From Stegostoma tigrinum (Eukaryota), in the NCBI RefSeq assembly GCF_030684315.1, contig NC_081363.1, forward strand, positions 15,998,116 through 16,062,115: a stretch of DNA of 64,000 nt, read 5' to 3'. The notes under the pieces were generated by a model. The model had not been told where the DNA came from and did not search any database. It was given only the letters and a program-made list of their open reading frames with translations. Positions 13,901-25,900 of the stretch are shown piece after piece. The first letter of the stretch is position 1; every line of letters begins with the position of its first letter. A program made the position numbers and the translations under genes.

Positions 13901-16900
13901 CACAAGTCAAGCATGATAATGAGCAAGTACTGGAATACTCAACATTTCCTTATCTTTCCAAGTCAAATTGTAATCAACATTGGTTACTACTAATGAAACA
14001 AAATCAAACAAAGGTATTTTGACCAGAATTAGAACTATCTGATTTTGACCTTGAAATCTGAAGACAAAACTTTTTTTTGTCTGAATTAGGTGTTTCAACC
14101 AGATCTCACTATTTTACTGTCTTTACCTTAACACAGCTATCACTGAGGAACACAGTGTCCTGGGGTGTGATAGTCTTTGATTCTTGACCAACTGAAAACC
14201 ACCTTTCAGCTACTCGGAATCGCCGGGGGGGTAAGATATGAATTTTGTCAGCCAATAACACAGAACGGCTCTGTAAAGGAATAGCCAAGCATGGCACCCT
14301 GTTAAAAATGTAAAAAAAGGAGAAAAGATCAGTTGGCAGAAAAATGTGCAAAATGAAACACCAATCTTTGGATAACACGGTGTGAAGCTGGATGAACACA
14401 GCAGGCCAAGCAGCATCAGAGGAGCAGGAAAGCTTGACATTTCAGGTTGGGACCCTTCTTCAGAAATGGGGAGGGGAAGGGGATTCTGAAATAAATAGGG
14501 AGACGAGGGAGGCGGATAGAAGATGGATCCATCCTGGGCCTCCTGCATTGCCACAATGACGCCACCCGAAAGATGCAGGAACAGCAACTCATATTTCGCT
14601 TGGGAACTCTACAGCCCAAGGATATCAATGTGGACTTCACAAGCATTCAAAATCCCCCCCTCCCCCGACCACATCCCAAAACCAGCCGAGCTAGTCCCAG
14701 CCTCCTTAACCATTCCTCCCACCTCAGGCCCCAACCCCATTCCCTACCCACTAACCTCATCCCACCCGCACCCCCCCCCCCGACCTGTCCGTCCTCAATG
14801 GACTGACCTATACCCCCCGCAACTCCCCATCTACATTCACCTTCAATGCCTCTAACCCCGCCTCTTTAACCTGTCTGTCTCCTCTCACCCTATCTTCTCC
14901 TTTATCCATCTTCTATTTGCCTCCCCGTCTCCCTATTTATTTCAAAATCCCCTCCCCCTCCCCCATTTCTGAAGATGGATCCCAACCCAAAACGTCAAGC
15001 TTTCCTGCTCCTCTGATGCTGCTTGGCCTGCTGTGTTCATCCAGCTTCACACCGTGTTATCTCAGATTCTCCAGCATCGGCAGTTCCTATTATATCTGCA
15101 CCAATTCGTCGACATGGCTCAATAAGAATAAAAAAGGAATGCTATGACTACAACTACACTTCAAAAATATTTAGTTGATTGCAAGATGCCTCAGGATGTT
15201 CAGTCAACATGCAAAGAAGTCATTAAGTCAAACTCCACTATATTACAGGCCAAATTCTTGTCAACACTGATGGTGGCACTCAGGGCAGTGTCAGAGCTAC
15301 CGCTCTGGATTTGGGCATAATGTAGGGAATTGGGCAGGGAGAAACACATTTCCTCATCTAATTGAAACATTACCAGATCCGAGATTCGCCATATCCACTG
15401 GACTTTGAAAGTGGTAATAATTCACCTGTGATCATCAAGCACTGAAAATCATAATTAAAATTTACACCATCTCATCGATTGTTTAAACACCAAAAACTGA
15501 CAGCCCTAAGAAATGGCATAATGTGTATTAACCTGCCAGTAATCACACCAGCAACCTGATAACTTTGCCTATCTGTACCTATTAACTTAGCTCCCTAAAC
15601 ATTAGGCTCAAAGTAACCTCACAACATTTCACTTAAGGAATTGAATTGGGAGCTGCATAATATCATTGGGTAAGGAGTTTATTCCATCTGAGAGTTAGAC
15701 CTTGATATCTGTTATCTTATCAGGTTAGTTAGAGGTGAATAAGGAAAGATTTGTATGTAGTGCCTTTGAAAACACTTTGCAAGGAGAATAAAAATATTTC
15801 CAAAAGTGCAGTCAAAATGTTTTGTAAGTAGCAATCAAGTTATATCCAGGTGCGAAACAGAGTTCATCTGATTCAGTGCTAAGGTTTAAGATAAACTTAG
15901 CCTGCATAATAAAGAGAACTGCCCCACTCTTTATCAATTAATGTGACCAAATACTTTACAACCACATGAAGCAGGTAGGAGCTCATCTGAAAGATAAAGT
16001 GACTTTGTCTTTTTACAATACTGAGTTTCAGATTATGGTGAAATGCAAACGTAAAAGACGAATGTCGGCTGGATGAATAAGTAATAAATGTGCAATAAAT
16101 TTACAATCACTTTTAAGAAGTTCCTTTACCATAAATTTTTCAGAATTAATGAATGATGAATTTTATTCCTGTGCGGCTACACTAAAAAAAGTTCAAACTG
16201 AAACAAATCACAGGTCCTCATGGAAACCAATGGGTTCAGAAACAGAAAAGTCTGGATGTAACAACTGATACTACACAGCAAGAGGGAGACAGTTTGCCAA
16301 GCGGAATCATTGGGATGTAAAAACAAACCTTAAAATTAAAAATTAAAATTGTTCTGAAGGAACAAAAATTACTTTTGCTCCCCTTTCACACTATGCAACC
16401 ACTTAATTGCTTTGGCTTTCACTATCAATACCATTCAGAACATTCTGTTTTGGGTTTTCTAGTACACAGCAACATTTGAATTCTCAAAAAGTAAAGTGTA
16501 ACTGTAAGTTGGAGGCATAGAGAATACATGACCTTCCAACCTACGTCATTACAACGTTATCTACTTGTTTCATTTCCTATATTACACAACTGGGAAGAAT
16601 ATTCTATCAGTTTTCAATGGTTTTGGAACATCTTAAGTTGGTGAAAGGCACTACAACAATTTCATTTTTTAAAAATCTTTTAATGTCTTTTTCCTTTGTA
16701 TCCATTTTAAGACTTTGGCCACCAAAAGTGAAAACTAGTTGCACTAGAGGTTTGGATTTTGAAAGAAGTGTTGCTGCTTTAATGGTTAATTATGTAGGTG
16801 TAAATTGATAACCCTAGACTAAAATTTCCCAAATAGTAATTAATCTGTATGTCATACATCTAAGATGTCTAACTTTGAAGCACTCTTTCAACATTCAGAA

Positions 16901-19900
16901 AGTGCACCCAAGGTGAATCCTACCCACAAAACACAGAACAATGGTTGACATTTTAAAATCATTTGTGAGATGTGGCCTTTGTTAGGCCATTTTTATTGTC
17001 CATCCTGACTGCCCTTGAAAAGGTGGTACTGACAAAGTTTCTGGAACCAGTGCATATCAATGTGGTATTGTTGTACACCCACAGTGCTGTTAGGATGGTC
17101 CATCTAGAAATGGGTATCCGTTTGGGTTTATGACAAAATACAAATACAAACACCAATTTTCTTTCCACAGCATCTTATTATCTGTGCCCTACAATAAGGC
17201 CACAAGTATCTTTCTTCATTCAATTGCTACTTAGACAATATCTTTTCACATTTCACAATACCATCTAACAGCTGCTAAGCTATCATCGGTAGCTCTATCC
17301 TGATGAATTTCTTCAATTCTTACAAGCCTACTGCAAATCATCGTGGGCCGAAGGGCCTGTACTGTGCTGTAATGTTCTATGTTCTATAAATGATTCTTTT
17401 CAACTCAAACAGAATTCCCACAAACTTCTCTCTACTCCAGGCCCCACAAGGGGCAATTAGTGCTGCTTTGCCAATGCTGGTTACATCCAAGAAGGAACAA
17501 CTAAACTAGCTTATTTCCTCTTTACTGGTATAAATTTTCCTTTAACAACTTGTAAAAGCCCAAATCTTGCCAAGGCTTGAGCACTGGAAATCAATTTTGT
17601 TACTCTCACGTATTTCTAAAAAAAGAGTAAGACTTAGATTTGTATGATGTCTTTCACAAAACCAGTCAGTGAAGTACAATACATTTAAAATAATTTGTAA
17701 TGAAGGAAACAAAGATAATACACCAGAAAAAGGAAGTCTCCTGATCCCATCACCCATTGACCAGTGCTGGCCAATTTTAAACAAAATATTATCCAGTGTT
17801 TGAACACTTCTGAGCTTTATTTTTGCTATCTAAATTGAGTCCTAAAATCTAGACTCTCCTTTCTAAATATTTTTTTTAAAAGGTTCTTTTTGGGTGTACA
17901 CAACATTAGCAAGGCAGTTTCCCCAGCACATGCAGGGCTGCTGTGGCATTTCAGGCAGACTGGATACCAACATGACATTAGCAAACCAAATGGATCCACG
18001 ATACAAAACTTGCTGATAAGTTGGAATTTGAAGTCACGATCTTTGTACACAGTATAGTTGCTAGACAACTGTAAACACTGCTTTAAATTTTCCAAGAAAT
18101 CAAAGCATTGAAACTGTTTATTTTCATGGTCATTTCTCAATGTACACGTGACTTTAAAACTTAACTTAAGTTTAGTACCTATCGGTTATCTCTTTTAGTT
18201 TACACACCCTTTCTCCTATTCATTTTATCCTTCGTCATATTCTATTCTGTAGGCAATTGTCCTTTACCTTGGCTTCTCAGATTTTAAAAGTTGCTGACTA
18301 GTGAGAGATAGCAGAAATCCTGGAGTATTAAACATTAACCTTTAACTCAATGAACATTCACTCAAATAAAAACTCGTGGTTAGCAGGTTCAGTGCAATAA
18401 CCTACAAATTTTCAAACTCAAAAAATGTTAAGAACACAAGAACTAGGAGCAGGAGTAGGCAATTCAGCCTTATGAGCCTGCTACACCATTTAATGCGCTT
18501 ATGGTTGATCTCATCGCTCAGCCTCAACTCAACTTTCCTGCCTACTCCTTATAATCATTTAACCTGTTAATGAAAAATCTGTCCACCTCCTCTTTAATTT
18601 TAGTGTCTCAGCATCCACCTCACTTCAGAGTAGGGAATTCTGTAAATTCCCAGCCTTTTGAGAGAGATGTAATTCCTTCTCATCTGTTTTAAATGTACCA
18701 CCTCTCAGCCTAAAACTTGATCCCTCATTCTGGATTGTTCCACAAGGGGAAATATCCACTCTATGTCTACTTTATCAAGCTCCTTTAGCAATTTACGAAA
18801 CTTCATTAGATCTGTTCTCATCATTCTAAACTCTAGTAAGTACATTGCTAAACTGCTCAACTTTGCCTAAGATAAGTTTTTCATGTCACAATTAACCCAG
18901 TAAAACATCCCTGAATTTTTTTCAATGCAATTATATCCTTTCTCTAGTATGGGAACCAAAACTGTACTCTACTCCAGATGTGATCTCACCAATGCCTTGT
19001 ACAGCCGCAAAGGCATTCCTCTACTTTAACACTCCATCCCTTTCGCCATAAATGCCAAAATTCCACGTGCCCTTCTTATTCCTGCTGTACCTGTATACTA
19101 GCTTTCTGTTACTCACGTACGAAGACATCAAGATCCCTCTGTTCTGAAAGACTCTGAAGTTTCTCTCTATTTAAGTAACAAGTTGCCTGTTTGTTCTTCT
19201 GACCAAAGTGGAAAACCTCACACATATATAAATTAAAATTCTTCTGGCAAGTATCAGCCTACTCACTAACCTATCCATATTCATTTGTAAATTTTTTATT
19301 TTTTCCATTGCAATTTACTTTTCCACTATTTTAGTATCATTTATAAGGGGAGGCAATGGCCTAGTGGCGTCAACTAGACTGTTAATCCAGACACCCAGAC
19401 AATGTTCTTAGGACCCTGGTTCAAATCCCACAAAGGCAGATGATGGAATTTGAATTCAATAAATATCTAGAATTAAGAATTTAATGATGACTGCGAATCC
19501 ATTGTCAGAAAAACCTATCTGGTTCGCTCATGTCCTCTAGGGAAGGAAACTGCCATCCTCACCGAGTCTAGCCTACATGTGATTCCAGGCCTACAGCAAC
19601 ATGGTTGATTCTTAACTGCCCTATGGGAAATTAGGAATGGGCAATAAATGCTGCCTGGCCCATGAATGAGTAAAGAAAAATAACATTTGCAAATTTGGCT
19701 AGAGTACATTCTATCCCTGCATCCAAGTCTCCATTGTAAGCAGTTGAATCCCAAGGACTCAACTATAGCACCAACTAGTTACTGTATGCAATCAGAAAAA
19801 GACCCATTTATTCTGACACTCTCTTTTCTGTTGAATAGCCAATCCTCCATCTAAGCTAATAAATTCTTGTGGCACATTGGTAGCGTCTCTACTTTTTCAC

Positions 19901-22900
19901 CAGGACACCTGAATTCAAGTCACACCTGCTCCAGGAGGTGTGTCAGAACATCTCTGAGCAGGATGTTGCGAAAGTAAATAAATTACCTCCAATCATATGT
20001 GATTTTACCTTCTGTATTAAGCTTTCATGTGGCACCTTATCAAATGCCTTCTGGAAGTCCAGATATAGTAAATCTCCAGGACCCACATTATCTACTTTGC
20101 CTGTTACATCTTCAAAGAACTCTAGAAAATTAGGCAAACATGATTTACCCTTCATAAAACGGTACTAAGTTTGATGGATCGTGTTATGCTGTTAATACTT
20201 CCAGGAAAATTGATTCCAATAGTTTAACATCTGTCTTTGGGAAATTAACTGGTCAAGAGTTTCCTACTTTGTGCCACCTTCCCTTTCTAAATAAAGGCAT
20301 TACATTGGTACTTTTCCAATCCATTGAAAGTTTTCTATAATCCAGACAATTTTGGAATATTATAACTAATGCATCCACTACCTCTGCTGCCAATTCTTTA
20401 AGACCTATCAATTCATACATTTCTGCACTTTAAACAGCATAATCAGATAAAAACCAAATTAAGTGAAATGCAATAATAAGAATTTAATTTTACACACTCC
20501 CAACCTCTCACAGAGAAACAGATGTACAAACTGCAATACTGCTTCATTTTCTTCTTTACAACAATATTAAACCTATGGGCAGTGGTACAGTTTGGGTTGT
20601 GACACTGCATGGAAGCATAACTAGATTGATTTCAAATCCAGGAGCAAACTACTGCAAATGCTGGAATCTGTACTAGAAAGAAAAAAATTGCTAGAGATCT
20701 AGACTCAAAACATTAGCTTGCTTTCTTTCCATGGACGCTGCCTGACCCGCTGTGATCTCCAGCATTTTTTGTTTTCAGTGAAACAAATCTGCTTCAAACA
20801 ATGTACAAGGTATCCTGAGAGGCAGAACTAATTTAGATGCAAATATTAACTATGCGCAAGGATAAATGTAAATAAGCACTCCAGTAGAAAGACTGCTCCT
20901 GGTCAGAACTCTGGTTAAAATCTTGCAGCTTGGTCGGAGCCTCAACAGTGCACATTTTTAATGCATTTGAAGTGAGTTCTTGGAGATTTTAAAATATCTC
21001 ATCACTTTCGACTGCATTATGGTGAAAGCAGTTCTTTTAAAACTCAATTTTTTTCAGCAACTGCAAGACTCAACAAACAGCATTAAACATTCAAGTTTGC
21101 ATTCTGGCATTTGTAGCATTGAAGGTCGCGTGAGAAAACTATATTGAATGTTAACCAAGGACAATTTTGTGACTGATTGCCAAGGAGGCCACTTCAGTGG
21201 CTCCAATCCAGAATAAAGTTTCTAATATGTATCATTTTATTAATGCCAATAAACACTGTGACTCCCTATAGTTAACTGAATGACTTATAAGGCTAAATCA
21301 TTTTCCAAAAAATTAAAACATCTCAGTTTTAGTACAAATTGGTTTAAAAAGGTGTTTTTCAATTCAATTGTAAAATGATCACACAATATGCACAAAAAAA
21401 AACTCACATCGCATACATGCATCATTACTAACACTTGCCATAATGGCTTTATTTTAACAAAAACATACCAACTATCGTTAAAGCTCCATCAAACAGGCAC
21501 ATTCGATAGTGACAGAATTGGCCAGACAGATGACTCGTCAGTCACAATATCAGTTTAATTAAAGGTGCATGGTATTGGCAATATTACTGTGATGGCTTCA
21601 ACCAGATAATGTAGAAACAAAAACACAAGTTCCTGAAGTGTTTGAAGGATTTGGATCCACATAGAGATTTGAAGTTCTGATTTGATTCTCTTTTACCAAT
21701 GATAGCCCATTAAAAATGTTCCATGGGAGGAGGAGGCATGGAGGACTTTTGCTTAAAGGCAGAGATCGAAAACATTTGACAGAATCTTGTTGGGGGTTAG
21801 TGAGGTTCTCTCTAGTCAGCCAGAGAGCTGATGAAAGCCTTGTGTTGTCTCCTTCAGGAAGCCCTTCTGAACCATATGATCAGGCAGTGGTGAGGCCACC
21901 AATAGATGTCACCTGGAAACAAGACCTTGGAGATCAGAAATCCCAGATAACAAAAGTGTGGAGCTGGATGAACACAGCAGGCCAAGCAGCATCTCAGGAG
22001 CACAAAAGCTGACGTTTTGGGCCTAGACCCTTCACCAGAGAGCCTCTGATGAAGGGTCTAGGCCCGAAACATCAGCTTTTGTGCTCCTGAGATGCTGCTT
22101 GGCCTGCTGTGTTCATCCAGATCCACATTTTGTTGTCTTGGATTCTCCAGCATCTGCAGTTCCCATTATCACAGATCAGAAATCCCACCCAGTGAGACCT
22201 ATTCACTAAATATAAGCAACTCTTGACTTCAGCAGTTTCATGGAAGAGGCTGCAGGTGCTGGTGGAAGACCAACCTCCTCCTAGTATGTCAGGGCTATGT
22301 AGTACGCCGGCCACAGCAAACTTGGGGATAAGGTTTTCAGTTGGAAGTCATGGGAAAAGAGAGCAAGTAAAGTCAAAAGCAAGGTTGGAGAGGATTGGCT
22401 CCCAGCAGCTCGCAGACAGAATGCAACAGCGAGGTTCTGGTGGATTTAATGGGAGAAAGGGCCAGAGTCAACAGGCACATTGAACAATTCATTCAAGCAC
22501 TGCTAACAGTTCTCTTTTGCCTTTATTTTTATTCACTCTTGGGATTTGGGCATTGTTGGCCAGCTAGCATTTATTACCAGTCCCTACTTGCCCATGAGAA
22601 GGTGCTGAGCTGCCTTCTTGAACCACTGTAGCCCATGTGCTGCATAGTGGCCCACAATGCACTTAGGGAAGAAACTACTGGATTTTGATGCAACGACAGT
22701 GAAGGAATAGCGATATATTTCCACGTCATGACAGCGAGTGGCTTGGTGAGGAACTTGCACGTGGTGGTGTTTCCTAGTATTTGCTGCCCTTTCTTCCTTG
22801 TTGGAAATTGTCGTGGGTTTAAGGCACAGACTAAAGACGTTTGTTTAATGTCTCCCTACACTCCTTTGTTAATGTGACATTGTTGATCCTTCTGTTTATT

Positions 22901-25900
22901 TTGACACTGTGCTCTGTCCTCACGTGACTGTGAGGATTTTCATCAAGTCATTCAGAAGTTGATTTTGACAGCATGAAAACAGGCCCTTCAGCTTATCTGT
23001 CCAGACTGTTCATCAAACACCTATCTACTCTAGTCCCATTTTCTAGCACTTTTTCTTTAAATTAATTCATAGGCCAGGGCAACATTTAGTGTCCATTCCG
23101 GAAGACAGTTAAGGATTGACCAGACAAGTGCGTATCTGGAATCACATGTAGACCAGGTAATGATGGCAGCTGCCAGATCGGCTGGGCTTTTCCAGCAATT
23201 TTGTTTTTGTTCCTAATTTACAGCATCTGCACTTCTTTAGGTTTTTATTAAAGATGGCGGTTTCCTGAAAGGAAGTACAAGTGAACCAGGTGGGTTTTTT
23301 TCCCCCAACAATCAACAATGGATTCATGGTCATCATTAGACTCTTAACGTCAGATTTTTTTTATTGAATTCAAATTCCACTACTTGCCACGGTGGGATTC
23401 AAACCTGGATCTCCAGAACATTGCCTGGGTCTCTGGATTGATTGTCCAGTGATAATACAATTAAGCCATCGCCTACCCTGTACTTGGCCCATAACCTTGC
23501 ACGTAATAATGCTTTAAGCTATCATCTAAATACTTCTGTAATGTTGTGATAGTTCCCACTTCTATCATCCTTTTAGACAATGAGTTCCAGATTCTCTCCA
23601 ACTTTTGGATGAAAACAAAACTTCCCCCAAATCCACTCTAAACTTGTTGCCCTTTATCTTAAATCTATGCCCACTTGTTATTGATCCTTTGACAGAGGAG
23701 AAATGTTTCTTCCTACCTATGCCACTCAATTTTGTATACCTTAATCACATCTCCCTGTCAGTCTTCTCTGCTTTGAAAAAAGCAACCCCAACCTATTTAG
23801 ACTTTCTTCACAGCTTCAATCAGGGTAACATCCTGGTGAATCCCCTCAACTTTCTCTGTAGTGCAACTACAGTCTTTCTACAGTGCGGTGACCGTGTTTC
23901 ACACAATCCTCCATCGGTGCCTCGACTAGCATCGTATACTACTCCATCACAAGTTCTCTGCTCTTGTATTCAATGCCTTGGCTAACCGCAAGTATTCCAC
24001 ACGCCCTCTTAACCTCCTAATCTACCAATATTGCTGCCCTCAACAATCTACAGGTGCACACCGAGGTACCTTTGGATCCCCTGTTTTATTAGGCCACACA
24101 AAAATCCATCATTTCACGCTTTTTATAGTCAAATTCTATTTGTAATTATTCCACCATTCTGAGCAGACCATCCAAATCATCCTGTAGTCTCTTTCCTTCT
24201 TGCTAGTTACCACACTACCAATTTTCATGTCATCTGCAAACATACTGATCAAATCTCTCAAATTCATGTCTAGATCATTAATCTATACCATAAATAGAAA
24301 GATTTGTTACTTGTCACAGGCTTCCAGTCACACACAAAAAAAAAACCGTTGACCACTGTCCCCTGCCTCTGTCAATTCTGGATCTAGGCTGTCCTGGATT
24401 TATGGGCTTTCCTTGACTAGTCTCTCATGTGAGACCTCATCAAAATCCATACTGAAGTTCATGTGGAATGCACTAGCTTCGTCCACACATCTAGTCACCT
24501 CCTTGGAAAACTCTTACCAGACTATTTTTGTCAAAACTTGAATGGATAGAAACGTTCCAGCACAGTTTCCTCTTCTGGTCATTGATTCTTGAGCTGCATT
24601 AAGTTGGTGAGTAGTTTTTCAACATGGCATTCAAACAATTACAGCATGTCAGCCTTATCCACTTCAACACAGCCAGCCTGCTTTGCCAGTGATTTCATGG
24701 ACAACTTTCTGAACAACATCATGAGATACTTCCTGGCCAATGACACACTCACCAATCATCTTTCCAATAAGTTACCTTTACATCACGAAGTCAGTGATAC
24801 TGATGATACCCTGATGAATGATGTTACAATACCAATCCTTGACTGATGGCACATTCTTGCCAACCTTTGCACTGATGAATTAGGGAAGATATGATGAAGG
24901 CAATTGGCCATGAATTTTGACACGGACAAAGCTGATTGGTTCAGTGAGCAATGAAGTTAACAGGAAAAGCAACTTCTCATTTTCAGAGACTTCAACATGG
25001 TTGATGACATGACCTAGGCAGTTAGTTTACAGGACGAATACTTTTAAGGTAATATATTCTCTGGAACAACATGCCGTCCATGAGGGATGCATACAAAGAA
25101 CTGTTCCTGAAAGAATCCCCCATCATCCATGCTTTCTCATTTGATTGCCAAGTGACATGCACTCTCTCCTTGGAGTTGCCTCTCAATGTCTGTGATGTCC
25201 TGGATTGGTACAGCACTAATGGTTGACATTTAACATCACCTGCAGCATACCCACCAAGCAAAATAGTCAGCTAACAGTTGGCAGCTTTGAATCCTGACAC
25301 TTTTATCTCCTTTTGCCATATGTACATTCATTTCATCACATATTTCCAAATTTAATTAATGCTGAAAATTTGTTTTGCTCTAAGCATTTTCTTCATTGAT
25401 TCAAAGGGGAAAGACATACATATGCTGCTCCCGTATCAGCACCAGCTGCCTCACTAGGCATGTTAATATTTGCAGTCTTCCTGAAACTGTTGAAGCATTC
25501 AAGATTAGCACTGAAACTCTGACTGAACTCGTACATTGCTCATTGTGTGAGGTCCCGTACAGGTGCTGTTTTCTTTTCCTTTGACTACCATAGAGTCATA
25601 GTTTCTATGTACAACATAGAAACAGATCCTTCAGTCCAACTTGTCCATGCCAACCAGATACCCTAAATAAAACCATCCCTATTTGCCAACATTTGGCCCA
25701 TATCCCTCTAAACCCTTCCTATCCAAATGTCTTCTAAATGTTGCAATTGTACCAGCCTCCAACACTTCCTCTGGCAGCTCATTTCATACATAAGCCACGC
25801 TCTGTGTGAAAATATTGCCCCTTCGATGCCTTTTAAATCTTTCCCCATTCATCTTAAACTTATGCCCTCCGGCTTTGGACTTCCTACCCTGGGAAAAAGA

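Noticed and set aside
14271-14280. Alternative acceptor (TTTACAG) inside ISCA2 exon 2
   Set aside because: It would shift the reading frame relative to exons 1 and 3.
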